Shown: positions 50,472 to 60,804 of the stretch, piece after piece
Position numbering within the stretch: position 1 is the first letter of the stretch
How the letters are laid out: every line of letters starts with the position of its first letter
Source: Candidatus Krumholzibacteriota bacterium
GTDB taxonomy: Bacteria; Krumholzibacteriota; Krumholzibacteriia; JAJRXK01
Direction: 5' to 3'
DNA: 64,000 nt
Assembly (NCBI GenBank): GCA_963764625.1
Contig: CAVXTH010000009.1
Span: forward strand, 512,001 to 576,000
The notes under the pieces: generated by a model
What the model saw: the letters and a program-made list of their open reading frames with translations, nothing else
The model's database searches: none
Told to the model about the DNA's origin: nothing
Translations under genes and position numbers: made by a program

Positions 50472-51410
50472 ATGGAGTGTCCTTTGCCGGTTGCCGCGCC
50501 CACCATCATCTTCAACCCCGCGGCGGGCGGAAATCTGCGACGCGTCGACGAGAACCGATTGCGCAAGGTTCTGCGCGAAGAGGGTCTGCCGGATCGGTGG
50601 CTCTGCACCCAGGTCGACTTCGATGCCGGTCGTCTCCTCGAGCAGGACGAAGGGGAGGGTCCCGTCGTTGTGATCGGCGGAGACGGGACCCTACAGCGAG
50701 CCTCACGCGTGTTGGCAAACAAGTCGCGTCCCCTGGTGATCGTTCCTTCGGGTACCGGGAACGTGATGGCGTTGCGGCTCGGGATTCCGATGGGACTGCG
50801 CGCGGCTCTTCGCCTGGTCAAAGAAGGAGTGCCGCGACGAGTCGACCTTGGCCGCAGTAAAGAAGAGCCCTTCCTTCTGGCCATTGGCGGAGGTTTCGAG
50901 GGTCATCTCATTCGCGAGGCGGGACGCGAACTGAAGAATGTCCTGGGGAAGTCCGCGTACGTCATCAGTGCCGCCAAGCACCTACCGGTGAACCATCACG
51001 CGTTCTCCATCACCGTCGATGACGCGGAACACGAAATCACCGCGGCATCGGTGATGGTCGCCAACTTCGGCACCCAGATGGGTAACTGGATCTTCCCTCC
51101 AGAATCCGACGGGCAGGACGGCATGTTGGACGTGGCGATCATCCGCGCGCAGACCTTCGAACAGGTGGTCACCCTGGCCGCCGCCTCCTTCGGAGCCCGA
51201 CCGCGTCCGCACGGAGGGCTGACTCTTCTGCGAGGCCGCCAGGTGACAGTGCGCTGCGAGCATCCCATTCCGATTCAACTCGACGGTGACGACCAGGGAG
51301 ACCAGAGGGAATTTGAAGCCCGCATCGAACCGGGAGGCCTACGTGTGCTCGTGCCACGCCGAACCCGTCCCAGCTCGGTCGTTTGGCCTCCACCTTTGGA
51401 TTGGCCCTAG
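50472..51410 (+). CDS. Diacylglycerol/lipid kinase family protein
   Basis: NPAAG, GGDGT, PSGTGN, DGMLDV, QLDGD. Confidence 0.88.
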   Translation: MECPLPVAAPTIIFNPAAGGNLRRVDENRLRKVLREEGLPDRWLCTQVDFDAGRLLEQDEGEGPVVVIGGDGTLQRASRVLANKSRPLVIVPSGTGNVMALRLGIPMGLRAALRLVKEGVPRRVDLGRSKEEPFLLAIGGGFEGHLIREAGRELKNVLGKSAYVISAAKHLPVNHHAFSITVDDAEHEITAASVMVANFGTQMGNWIFPPESDGQDGMLDVAIIRAQTFEQVVTLAAASFGARPRPHGGLTLLRGRQVTVRCEHPIPIQLDGDDQGDQREFEARIEPGGLRVLVPRRTRPSSVVWPPPLDWP

Positions 51411-53194
51411 CGATTCTGTACGGCGTCCTGAGGAGAGTGCAGCGAGTCAGGCGGTTCCGTCGCCCACTTCAGTTCTTTGCCCCGCACCGCCTCGTAGAGC
51501 TGCTGAAAGAGAAGAACCAGGCGACGCGCCAACTCCTGGTCTTCCTCATGACTCAGAATGTAGTGGACGAAGGCGCTCGCATTCTCGTCGATCGCGCTTG
51601 GGGCAACCGGGAGAAGTTCGGGTTGATAGCTGAAGTCGAGCCGTGCTCCTTTGCCTCCCACCACCCAGAGATCGTGCAACGCGCGCTGATATTGCTGCGC
51701 CGCCATCGCCAAGAGAGCCGAATAGAAGCGCGCGTTCTGGGCTCTTCCCCAAAACCTGAGCCGTGATCCGCCATCATCGAAGAGGATCAGGCTGTCCTTG
51801 CGCAGGCCATCGAGATGACCGGCCCAGCGAACCGAGACTCCCTTGGGCACCATCACGCTCAGGCCCACCGGTCCGTCGATCGAAATGTACACTCGCGAAT
51901 TGAGATGCAGCGCGAGGTCGGCCGGCACTTCCTCGGGCCACTCCGTGGCGGTAGCGGCCACCACTGCCAGGGTCTCTTCCGGCTGAAGGGGAAGGCTGCC
52001 CACCAGCCCCGCGACCCCATAGGCGATCGCGCTGCGGGCGGCCAGAGGGTCGTTCAGTTCACCCCACGCGTCCCGCGACTCGAAACGGTGTGAACTCGCA
52101 GTGAATGCAACTGCCGCCGCCACCAATGCGAAGCCGAGCACCATCGCAGGCTGAAAGCGCCGCTGTAGCTGACCGTGCTGCCACAGGAGCTCGGTCGTGC
52201 GTCCCAGGATCCAGCCCAGGGCGGGAACCGCCGCCAGCAGATAGTAGGGCTGGAGGTGATGGCTCAGGGGAAGGACGGGGGCCAGGCTGAAAACGGCCCA
52301 CAGCAGCCACCATCCCTCGCGACGGCTTTGAGCGCGCGCCTGCTGAACCGCGAGCGCCGACCAGAGAATCCACACCAGGGCTCCGAGGAAGGGGAGCGTG
52401 GGAGTGGGCAGGGGAGCGAAGGACTGTGGGGAGATCAACCAGGCGCCCAACACGAGAAGATTCATGATCCATAGGCGTGGCCCGCCCATGGCGTAGGGAT
52501 CGTGGGAGTCGGAGGGGGCCATCACTCTCCACACCAATGCGGCCGCCACCAGCGCCCCGGCGAAGAGAACGAGGAGGGCCGTCCCTCGCATTCTGCGCGA
52601 CGCGCGCAGCGCGCGCGGACCCGCCGCGCCCGAGCTGGGGACGAGGGCCAGCAGGAGGGGTAACGCGAGCAGGGATTCCTTGCAGAAGAACGAGGTCAGT
52701 CCCGCGATCGTGGCCAGGACGATTCCGCTTCTCTTGGAGTGCAACCAGGCGGCGAGCGAGAGGAGCCCGAAGAACACCGCGAAGATCTCGGATGAAGCGC
52801 TGGCCCAGAAGACGGGCAAGAGCACTACCGGGGTCGCGGCCGCGACCAGCCCGGCCACGCACGCCCCGAAGGCACTCAATCCCATGGCGCGTCCGATCCT
52901 CTGCGTGAGCACGCTCGCGGTGGCCCATGCGCACAGCGCCGCCGCGTGCCAGGCGGCGGCCCGCAGCCCGAAGAGCGTGACTCCCAGCTCGAAGCCAACG
53001 ACCCGGGAGAGCGGCCTCGGACCGATGAGTCCCGCGCCCCCTTCCTTCAGGACCGCGGCGAGATGGGGCCAGTCGTCCTGGAAGAAGTAGCCTCGCAGGG
53101 CGGGAAGGTGGGCCACGATCGCGGTGAGCGCGATGAGACCCCACGACCAGCGCCAGAGCAGAGCTGAACTCTCTTCTCGCGCCGGTTGCGCCAC
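51407..53194 (-). CDS. GT-C superfamily membrane protein
   Basis: YFFQDDW, RPLS, WH, FFCKES motifs; multi-TM. Confidence 0.6.
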   Translation of the reverse strand: MAQPAREESSALLWRWSWGLIALTAIVAHLPALRGYFFQDDWPHLAAVLKEGGAGLIGPRPLSRVVGFELGVTLFGLRAAAWHAAALCAWATASVLTQRIGRAMGLSAFGACVAGLVAAATPVVLLPVFWASASSEIFAVFFGLLSLAAWLHSKRSGIVLATIAGLTSFFCKESLLALPLLLALVPSSGAAGPRALRASRRMRGTALLVLFAGALVAAALVWRVMAPSDSHDPYAMGGPRLWIMNLLVLGAWLISPQSFAPLPTPTLPFLGALVWILWSALAVQQARAQSRREGWWLLWAVFSLAPVLPLSHHLQPYYLLAAVPALGWILGRTTELLWQHGQLQRRFQPAMVLGFALVAAAVAFTASSHRFESRDAWGELNDPLAARSAIAYGVAGLVGSLPLQPEETLAVVAATATEWPEEVPADLALHLNSRVYISIDGPVGLSVMVPKGVSVRWAGHLDGLRKDSLILFDDGGSRLRFWGRAQNARFYSALLAMAAQQYQRALHDLWVVGGKGARLDFSYQPELLPVAPSAIDENASAFVHYILSHEEDQELARRLVLLFQQLYEAVRGKELKWATEPPDSLHSPQDAVQNR

Positions 53195-53305
53195 TGTAAA
53201 CCATCCTCTACGATAGGGGCGTCATACGGACGTTCGGGCCGATTACTCGTCCTCTGCGGGCGAGTTCCCCCGTGAACTCAAGAGCGACTCGATCCCGGAG
53301 GAATC

Positions 53306-54850
53306 ATGTCGAAGCTGCCTGTCGTGGCTCGGAAGATCCACTTCAATCCCACTCGTCAAGAACTCAGGAACATGGTGTCCGAAATGCAGAACGCTCGGCT
53401 CACCGAGTTCGGCAATTTCAACGTGGCCACCAAAGCGACCGCCCGCAGCAAGTCCAGCACCTTCATCGTGAGCGATCATCCCGAGCGACATTCCGATCCC
53501 TGTATCACGAGGAAAGAGGGAGCGCGTATCGCCGCTCTGCAGGCTGAGCACATCAAGAACCGCGACATGATCGTCATCGACGGCTACATCGGCAACGACG
53601 AGCAATTCCGTACCCCGGCACGACTGATCATCGACACCTTTGCTGCCAACATCGCGGTGATGCAGCAGACTCTGTACTACGATCCTCCCGCCGCGGGAAG
53701 CGAAGATTTTCAGCCCGAGCTCACCGTGATCTACACCCCCTGCCTCGCGGTGGAGGGCTACCCCAACGATCGAGTGATCGCGGTCGATCTGGACGAGAAG
53801 ATCACGCGGGTGTGCAACAGCGACTACTTCGGAGAGTCCAAGAAGGGCGGCCTGCGCATGTGGAACAACCTGGTGTACGAGCGAGGCGGACTCGCGCTGC
53901 ACGCAGGTTGCAAGGTCATTCCAGTCCAGGGTAAGAAGCGCGTGGGCCTGATCGTGGGACTCTCGGGCACCGGAAAGACCACGACGACCTTCACCTCGCA
54001 GAACGACAGTCAACCGGTGCAAGACGACTTCGTGGCTCTCATGCCGAAAGGAGTGGTCTACTCCACCGAGAACGGTTGCTTCGCCAAGACCTTTGGTCTC
54101 GACCCAAAATTTGAACCCACGATCTACGGAGCGGTCACTCAGAAGGATGCCTGGCTTGAAAACGTAAGCCAGGACGACGCGGGCAAGCTGGACTTTTTCG
54201 ACACGAGCTACACGCAGAACGGCCGCGCCGTCTTCGCGATGAGTCAGGTGAAGGACGCGGCTGACGCGCGCCATCTGGGCAAGGCCGATTTTCTCCTCAT
54301 TCTCAATCGCAACGAGCACATCATTCCCGCCGTGGCCAAGCTCTCCGTCGAGCAGAGCGCTGCTTACTTCATGCTGGGCGAGACCAAGGGCACCAGCGCG
54401 GGCGGCAAGGAAGAGGCCGGCAAGAGTCTACGTGTCCCGGGAACCAATCCCTTCTTTCCTCGTTTGCAAGCCGAGCAGGGGAATCGCTTCTACGAGCTTC
54501 TCCAGAACTGTCCCATGGAAGTCTATCTCATGAGCACGGGACGCGTGGGTGGGCCGGAGGACCAGGCGGGAAGCAAGAAGGTCAAGATTCCCCATTCCTC
54601 AGCCGTGGTGAAGGCCATCGCCGAGGGCAAGATCCAGTGGGAGGAAGACCCGGATTTCGGCTACCAGGTGGCCAAGTCCGTCCCCGGTTTCCCGGAGAAT
54701 GACGAGGACCTCTTGCAGCCTCGCCGACTCTACGAGCGCGACGGCCGCATGGAGGAGTACCGCGAGCACGTCGAGCGACTGCACAAGGAGCGGGCGGAGT
54801 ACATGGCGAAGTGGCCCGAACTCGATCCGAGAGTCGCGGGGGCGGTCTGA
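53306..54850 (+). CDS. pckA: Phosphoenolpyruvate carboxykinase (ATP)
   Basis: YFGESKKG, LHAG, GLSGTGKTT, QDD, ENGCFAKT, TQNGR. Confidence 0.92.
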   Translation: MSKLPVVARKIHFNPTRQELRNMVSEMQNARLTEFGNFNVATKATARSKSSTFIVSDHPERHSDPCITRKEGARIAALQAEHIKNRDMIVIDGYIGNDEQFRTPARLIIDTFAANIAVMQQTLYYDPPAAGSEDFQPELTVIYTPCLAVEGYPNDRVIAVDLDEKITRVCNSDYFGESKKGGLRMWNNLVYERGGLALHAGCKVIPVQGKKRVGLIVGLSGTGKTTTTFTSQNDSQPVQDDFVALMPKGVVYSTENGCFAKTFGLDPKFEPTIYGAVTQKDAWLENVSQDDAGKLDFFDTSYTQNGRAVFAMSQVKDAADARHLGKADFLLILNRNEHIIPAVAKLSVEQSAAYFMLGETKGTSAGGKEEAGKSLRVPGTNPFFPRLQAEQGNRFYELLQNCPMEVYLMSTGRVGGPEDQAGSKKVKIPHSSAVVKAIAEGKIQWEEDPDFGYQVAKSVPGFPENDEDLLQPRRLYERDGRMEEYREHVERLHKERAEYMAKWPELDPRVAGAV

Positions 54851-54859
54851 GCCCACGAG

Positions 54860-54921
54860 GAGCCCGCGCGGCGCTTTGGGCGCTCTGCCAGCGCGTTAGG
54901 GCTCTCACCGCCAGTTTTTTG
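54860..54921 (+). terminator. Possible terminator after pckA
   Basis: GAGCCC...GGGCTC imperfect hairpin followed by a T6 run. Confidence 0.35.
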
Positions 54922-54952
54922 ATTCTTTTCGAGTGCACAGCACGAGAAAATG

Positions 54953-54975
54953 GGTAGAATATCCTCCATTCTATC
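54953..54975. promoter_or_regulatory. Inverted repeat, likely Rrf2 autoregulatory operator
   Basis: GGTAGAAT-N7-ATTCTATC (23 bp) overlapping a TAGAAT -10, 44 nt before the Rrf2 start. Confidence 0.55.
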
Positions 54976-55018
54976 TATTGTCAGCACCACTCACCCTTGA
55001 GGGTACGAGGGGGAAACC

Positions 55019-55447
55019 TTGTTGTTCTCCAGCTCTTGTGAATACGGAATTCGCGCACTCATCTATCTTGCCATCCATCGCGAAGACGGGCCCTGTCTCG
55101 TGCGAGAGATCGCCGAGGTGGAGTCGATTCCGAGGCACTACTTAGCCAAGATTCTCCAGCAGTTGGCCGGACACGGACTCGTTCGGTCGACCAAGGGTCC
55201 CGGGGGAGGTTTCGCGCTCGCGCGCGATCCACAGACCCTCACGGCCCAGGAAGTCATTGCGATTCTAGAACCCGGCCACAACAGCACGCGCTGCGTGCTG
55301 GGGCTCGACGAATGCAGCGACGATGCTCCCTGCCCCCTTCACGAGACCTGGAGCAGTCTCCGCGACAGTTTCTTTGGGCAGCTCAGCGAGATGACCCTGG
55401 GAGACATGGCGGCCGTGATCGAACGGAAACGCGCCCTGGGCGCCTGA
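55019..55447 (+). CDS. Rrf2-family Fe-S transcriptional regulator
   Basis: EYGIRAL, YLAKILQQL..GLVRSTKGPGGGF, C-x6-C-x5-C-PLH. Confidence 0.93.
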   Translation: MLFSSSCEYGIRALIYLAIHREDGPCLVREIAEVESIPRHYLAKILQQLAGHGLVRSTKGPGGGFALARDPQTLTAQEVIAILEPGHNSTRCVLGLDECSDDAPCPLHETWSSLRDSFFGQLSEMTLGDMAAVIERKRALGA

Positions 55448-55458
55448 GGGTACGTGGG

Positions 55459-56013
55459 CTAGGGAAGGGGAATTCTGCGCGCGCCGCGGAAATGGCGTGC
55501 AAACCAGCTTTCCTTCAGGCTGTCGCGCCGCACGTGGCCCTTCCCCGTGCTGGCATGGATGAAGCGGTTATTCCCCTCGTAGATCCCCACATGAGTGGGG
55601 GCGCCGCTCGCGCGCCCGAAGAACACCAAATCTCCCGCCGCCAACTGAGTGCGCTCGATCGGAGCGCCGCGATGGGCCTGCGCCGCGCAGGAGCGGGGCA
55701 GCTGCACCCCATAGCGGGCAAATATGCTCTGGACCAGACCCGAACAGTCGAAGCCTCTCGTGTTCTCCCCCCCGTAACGATAGGGAGCTCCCAGAAATGA
55801 GCGCGCCGTCTGCAGGAGCGCGTGCACCTGCGCACCGCGGGGCGAACTCCCGCGCGTCCGCAGATCCGCAGTGGGGGGCGCCACCGTCGGAGAGAAGTCG
55901 CCGGGATCGCTCTGGAGAACGGACTTGTGGGGAGGGCCGGCGCAGCCCGCCAGGAGCATCGCGGCCACAACTGGTAGAAGCGCGGAGCAGAGAAGCGAAG
56001 CTGGGACTCTCAT
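55459..56013 (-). CDS. NlpC/P60 (C40) peptidoglycan endopeptidase lipoprotein
   Basis: Lipobox LAGC, PYRYGG..GFDCSG, GDLVFF, HVGIY, FIHAS. Confidence 0.93.
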   Translation of the reverse strand: MRVPASLLCSALLPVVAAMLLAGCAGPPHKSVLQSDPGDFSPTVAPPTADLRTRGSSPRGAQVHALLQTARSFLGAPYRYGGENTRGFDCSGLVQSIFARYGVQLPRSCAAQAHRGAPIERTQLAAGDLVFFGRASGAPTHVGIYEGNNRFIHASTGKGHVRRDSLKESWFARHFRGARRIPLP

Positions 56014-56275
56014 CGTGATAAACGGGGGTGAGAGGGGAATTTACCTGCGATTTCAAGCACTTACCGTACCAAGAACCCGCGAAGAATTCACCGCTTCGGT
56101 AACTTGATCCCTTGACGGGCCGCGCCGCGCGCGCGAAGCTGCGCGCGGGGACGCATCGCAGCCCACGCCATCGTCACAAAAATTAGTCCGGATCGGGATT
56201 TTTTCCGTTCCGGTGGGGAATCGTGGTACACTCGAACCCGAGTTCTCGTCCACGCCCTCATCTCGGGAGGATTCC

Positions 56276-57001
56276 GTGCGAATCCCCAAACGTATCGTAT
56301 TCTTCGCGACTCTTCTGCTCCTTTGCGGCGCGCCGATGCTCTCCTACGCGCAGATGGAGAAGGTCGCTTCCGGGGACTACGAAATGAGTACCTATCTTGA
56401 CCAGTCCGCCCCTCCCTGGACGCGCATCGGCGACGGCGCCGCGATCCTCCTGGACGACGGGAGTCTGCTCATCAACGACAACCGCTCGGACGATCAGGTG
56501 AGCTTTCAGACCCTTCTCGGCCAGATCAGGGCCGAGAATCGCCTCGTTCTCAGCGCGCGCCTGAAGGCCCTCAGCAACTTCGACGGCAAGGGGAGCGTAC
56601 TCGAGTTCTCGCGCCCACATCTGCAGGTGGCCCTACACTTCTTCGCCGATCGCATGGAACTCGTCGAGATGAATCCGGCCGGGAAGTGGTGCTGGCTCGC
56701 CACGATGCCGGCGGATTTCTTCAACGAATATCACGAGGTGAAGCTGGTCAAGGGCTCCAGCCTCGAGCCCGGGGGCGAGATGGTGGGGGTCTGGCTCGAC
56801 GGAACCCAGAGGGTCTTGGTCCAGCCCAAGGGGGGCAGCCGCCTCGAGGTGGGTCGGGTAATCATGGGCGCCACCAGCCGTCCCTCGATGGGCGCGAGCA
56901 TCTGGGACTGGGTGCGCTACGACCTGGACGGCCTTTCCAAAGGCCTCGCCTCCAGCCCCAAGACCTTCGGCGGCTTCAAAGCGGGCTTCACTTCCCGCTG
57001 A
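56276..57001 (+). CDS. Secreted beta-rich (lectin-like) hypothetical protein with a C-terminal TFGGFKAGF motif
   Basis: GTG with GGAGG RBS, signal peptide, beta-strand-rich body. Confidence 0.65.
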   Translation: MRIPKRIVFFATLLLLCGAPMLSYAQMEKVASGDYEMSTYLDQSAPPWTRIGDGAAILLDDGSLLINDNRSDDQVSFQTLLGQIRAENRLVLSARLKALSNFDGKGSVLEFSRPHLQVALHFFADRMELVEMNPAGKWCWLATMPADFFNEYHEVKLVKGSSLEPGGEMVGVWLDGTQRVLVQPKGGSRLEVGRVIMGATSRPSMGASIWDWVRYDLDGLSKGLASSPKTFGGFKAGFTSR

Positions 57002-59187
57002 CCTTGGCTTTCAATTCGGTGATCCGAGCCTGGGCCCACGCATACCACTGGTCCTGATCCGCGGCTGCCTCCGCCGCGCTCGCGCAGCGCTGGTAGCTCT
57101 GGAACGCATCCTGCCACGCGCCCAGCTTCTCCTGGGCTTTGCCCTGATAGCCCCAAACCTGCGCGGAATTGGGGTCTTTCTTCAGGTACAGCATGCTGCG
57201 CGCCAGGCTCTTCAGATAGTCCTTGCCCTGGTAGTAGGCGTAGCTCGCCTTTTCGACCAGCTCCAACCACTTCGCGCGCGACATATCCACCGAGTCGGAA
57301 ATCTGCACCAGCACGTCCAGCTCGCCCGCCGCCAGCAGCCACATCTTGGCTTCCAGCGCCCGCTGCGCCACCGCACTCGTGAATTCGGCGAACTGAGGCG
57401 CGTGCAGCCGGTCCAGAAACTCACGGTAGTCCTGGGGATCGGGGGCGCCCCGGTCGGCCACGAGACGCTCTTTGTCCTCTGGGCTGAAGCGGTAGAAGCG
57501 GATCTGGGGCCCCTTGTGGTTGGCGTCAGGCGCGAAGCGCTTGGTCAACGAGGCGTAGTGCTCCAGGTCCTGGTAGAACGCCACCTGCCGGGGAAACTGC
57601 TCGGGAGAGGCCTCGTAGCGCCCGCGCACCGAGGACGAGGTGACGATGTAGTCGTAGGGCAAAAAATGGCGCAAGTCGTAGTAGTAGGCGCTCAATTCGA
57701 CCCGCACCGAGTTCATCGGGATCGAGTCGGCCCGAAACTTGGGGCGCTCCAGGAGGCGGGTCTTTTGGACCGGAGAGAGCCGCGCGAAGAACGGGCGCCG
57801 GCTCAGCGTTTCGCTGTGGTCCGTGGGGAGATGGGGGGTGTAGGCCTCCATGGCCAGCGCGGGGTCCTGCGGCAGCAGGGTCTCCATCGCCCAGGCGCGC
57901 GCCATCTGGAGGGTGTCCAGTTGGCCCTTCTGCTGGTGGTAGCGCCAGGTGCCCCAGGCAGCAGGGACGAGCGCGACCAGCCCGATCCCGAGCAAAATCG
58001 CCCCTCGTGGGACCCTCAGACGCTCCCCCGATCCAGCGCCGCAGCAGCGGGGGCCAGGCGGCCAGCCCCAGAGAGAGCGGCAAGAGGAGGGGGAGCATGT
58101 AGCGTTCGAAGTGCGTGTTCAGGAGGGCGATTCCCAGGTAGAAGGTCCCCACGCAGATGGCCAGGCTCCTCCACGCCCCTTTCAACTTCCAGCTCGCCAG
58201 CGCGAGCCCGGTGCTGCTGAGGAGGAATCCGCCTCCCGAGAGCCCCGGCCACAGGACCGCGCGCAGGTAGTAGAGGGCCGCGGCGCCCTCGTGAGCCTGT
58301 CCAAAATGTCCCTTGCTCATGTGCAGCATCTGGAAGGCGAAGTCGCGCCGCAGGACCGAAAGGTCGGTCAGGGTGTACGGGCTGGTGAGAAGGAACGCGG
58401 CCAGGCAGCTCGCGGCGGCCCACCCGAGCGAGGGGTCGTCCAGTCCACCCCGCCGCAGACTTCGGCCCTGCGCCCAAAGACGCCGCAGATGCACGAGGTA
58501 GAGGCTGAGGGCAAAGAGAATGGGGGTGTACTTGCACGCGATGCCGAGCCCGAGGAAAAGACCGGCCCAGACGTAGTCCCGCCGCCGGCCCCGCTGCGAG
58601 ACGTCCAGGATCTTTGCCACCGCGAGGGCGGAGAACAGGGCCATCAGGATGTCCGGGGTGACGAGCTGCGCGTGGCGCACCAGCATGGGAGAGAGCGCCA
58701 ACAGTCCGCCGCTCAGCACGGCCGCCGGCCCGCCGCCGAGGCCGAAGGCCACGCACGTCCCGATCCACACCACCCCGCCCGCGCAGAGAACCCCGATCCC
58801 TCGCGCCAGAAGCAACAGGTGGCGACGGTCGAGCGCGCCATCGATGAGGTAATCGTAGCGATCGTGATAGTTCCCGCGCGCACGGCCGATCGCGTACTGG
58901 AGTTTCTGCGCACCCAGGTGGACGTAGAACGAGAGCGAAGGCCATCCCGCGGTCTGCGGATCGAGACGAAGATGACCTTCGTCCCAGCCCCACATCTCGA
59001 GCGCCTTCTTCATGGGCAGCGCTTCTTCCTCCACGTCCGGGAGGCCCCAGTCCAGATGGGGCACGCGAACCGCGACCGCCAGACAGCTCAAGAAAAGCGC
59101 GAGGAGGCACGCGCGATGCTGATGGAGGAACCGTCTCGCCAAAAGCGTAGGCGAGGGGGACGCCGGCATCTCGGGATCTGCGTTCAT
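56988..59187 (-). CDS. GT-C (ArnT/PMT, GT39/83-like) glycosyltransferase with C-terminal TPRs, frameshifted at the G5 run ~58025-58029
   Basis: WGLPDVEE, ACKY, ERYMLP in the 5' ORF. Removing one G joins it to the 3' ORF (AILLGIGLVALV... TPR-like YQGKDY/DPNSAQVW). Confidence 0.8.
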
Positions 59188-59318
59188 TCGGTGAGAGTAC
59201 GCAAGATCGCGCAGAAGAACCATTCTCTTCCCTGCGCAGGAGAATGCGCGCTTTGGATGAGCATTTCACGAATGGTAAATATTTGACCACGGTGAAACCC
59301 TTGACCTCGATTTTTGCG

Positions 59319-59347
59319 TTGACACTTTTACTCGCTGCGGTACTAAT
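59319..59347 (+). promoter_or_regulatory. sigma70-like promoter of the porin gene
   Basis: Perfect TTGACA at 59319 followed by TACTAAT after 16 nt. Confidence 0.5.
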
Positions 59348-59502
59348 TCCGCGATCGGTCGGACAGCTCGCCGTGCGCCCGCATGCGCCGGCAGGGAGGC
59401 TGTCCTCAACTAAGCGTCGCTAGGCTGCACTCCACACAGCACAACCTGGTGGCCTAGCAAACGTGAAAACGTGCTCTGCACGTAACGAGGAGTCGACCTG
59501 GT

Positions 59503-60705
59503 ATGAAGTCTCCTGTCTGGCGCGCATTTGCGCTTCTAACTCTGGCCCTGCTGGTCGTGGGAATGGCGTCGAACGCAAACGCCGCCCGTCGTTCAGCATT
59601 GGCTGGTAACTACTTTATCGACGACGCGGACGACATGTTCGCGTTCCCTCAGCTCTACGGGCAGTACCAGAACATGGCGATCATCGATCTTGCTCCGAGC
59701 AATTTCGGTTACAACATGAATGGGAACGCCACGTTGATCTGGGGTGGAGAGAAGAACACCTTCCGCTTCAGCACGGGCCGTCAGGACGCCACCGCGCGGA
59801 CGGCACTCTATAGCTGGGGAGGATTCGACCGTTTCCCCACTTTCGGGACTCTGCCCGGCGGACTGTTTGCAGGCGCTCCGCTGGCCCGGAATTACCAGTG
59901 GTGGGACCTGGGCTGGTCCGCCGACCTGGGCGGGAAGCCCTTCGGCTTGGCCTTCTCCTGGGTGGGGGATGCAAACAAGACGGAGGATTCCACTGCTCCG
60001 GCGCCGACCACCGACAACAGCTTCCACGATTTCGGATTCCAGGCGGGGTACAGCCCCAGCGCGAATCTGGATCTCGCGGCTGAGTTCGGGATTGGAAAGT
60101 ACAAGGACAGTACTGTGGTGGCGCCGACGCCTTCACAGGACTACAGCACGATGAACTTCGCCGCCACCGCGCGTGGCCGTCTGAACAACGTGTGGGGTCA
60201 GAACTGGCGCTATCTGGTCGGTTTCGCTTACGCGAAGATGAGCCCGGATGCAACCGGCGTGGATGACCTCAAGGAGACCGACTTCCGCGGCAGCTTCGGG
60301 CCCGTCTTCGGGACGCCCGGACAGTGGGAGGTCGCTGGTTACATGACCCTGGGCTATTCCAAGGGTACGAATGGCCAGGACTCCACCATCGCCACCGACG
60401 ATCTGGCCCTCAAGGGCCTCATGCTTCCCGGCTACAATCTGGCGGGTGAGTACTACATGAACGACTGGTTCGTGGTGCGCACCGGTGTGGTTTCGAACTA
60501 CTTCTTCGTCACCGAGGAAAACGGAACGACCACGGACAAGTATCGTACCTTCGAGTACACCTGGACCACCGGCTTCGGGATCGACAAGGACAGCTTCGGG
60601 CTGGACTTCGCTCTCGACGAGGGACACGTCCACAGCGGCTATTTCCTCAACGGCGCCACGGGTGGAAACACCTTCGCCTGGATTTCGGCCTGGTTCAACT
60701 GGTAG
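59503..60705 (+). CDS. Major outer-membrane beta-barrel protein (porin-like)
   Basis: Signal peptide (ANA), G/Y/F/W-rich amphipathic strands, C-terminal AWFNW beta-signal, strong RBS. Confidence 0.8.
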   Translation: MKSPVWRAFALLTLALLVVGMASNANAARRSALAGNYFIDDADDMFAFPQLYGQYQNMAIIDLAPSNFGYNMNGNATLIWGGEKNTFRFSTGRQDATARTALYSWGGFDRFPTFGTLPGGLFAGAPLARNYQWWDLGWSADLGGKPFGLAFSWVGDANKTEDSTAPAPTTDNSFHDFGFQAGYSPSANLDLAAEFGIGKYKDSTVVAPTPSQDYSTMNFAATARGRLNNVWGQNWRYLVGFAYAKMSPDATGVDDLKETDFRGSFGPVFGTPGQWEVAGYMTLGYSKGTNGQDSTIATDDLALKGLMLPGYNLAGEYYMNDWFVVRTGVVSNYFFVTEENGTTTDKYRTFEYTWTTGFGIDKDSFGLDFALDEGHVHSGYFLNGATGGNTFAWISAWFNW

Positions 60706-60752
60706 CCAAGGCTATCGTCTCGTCCATGCGGCCTTGGCTGCGTGATGCGAGT

Positions 60753-60784
60753 TGGGAGGGGGGGCTTCGGCTCCCCCTTTCCTC
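60753..60784 (+). terminator. Terminator-like hairpin after the porin gene
   Basis: GGGGGGC-TTCG-GCTCCCC stem followed by CTTT. Confidence 0.5.
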
Positions 60785-60804
60785 TGGGGCATAGGAGGAT
60801 TCCA

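Noticed and set aside
56040-56065. ATTTCAAGCACTTA motif reminiscent of integrase-associated sites
   Set aside because: Single copy with no integrase or tRNA nearby.
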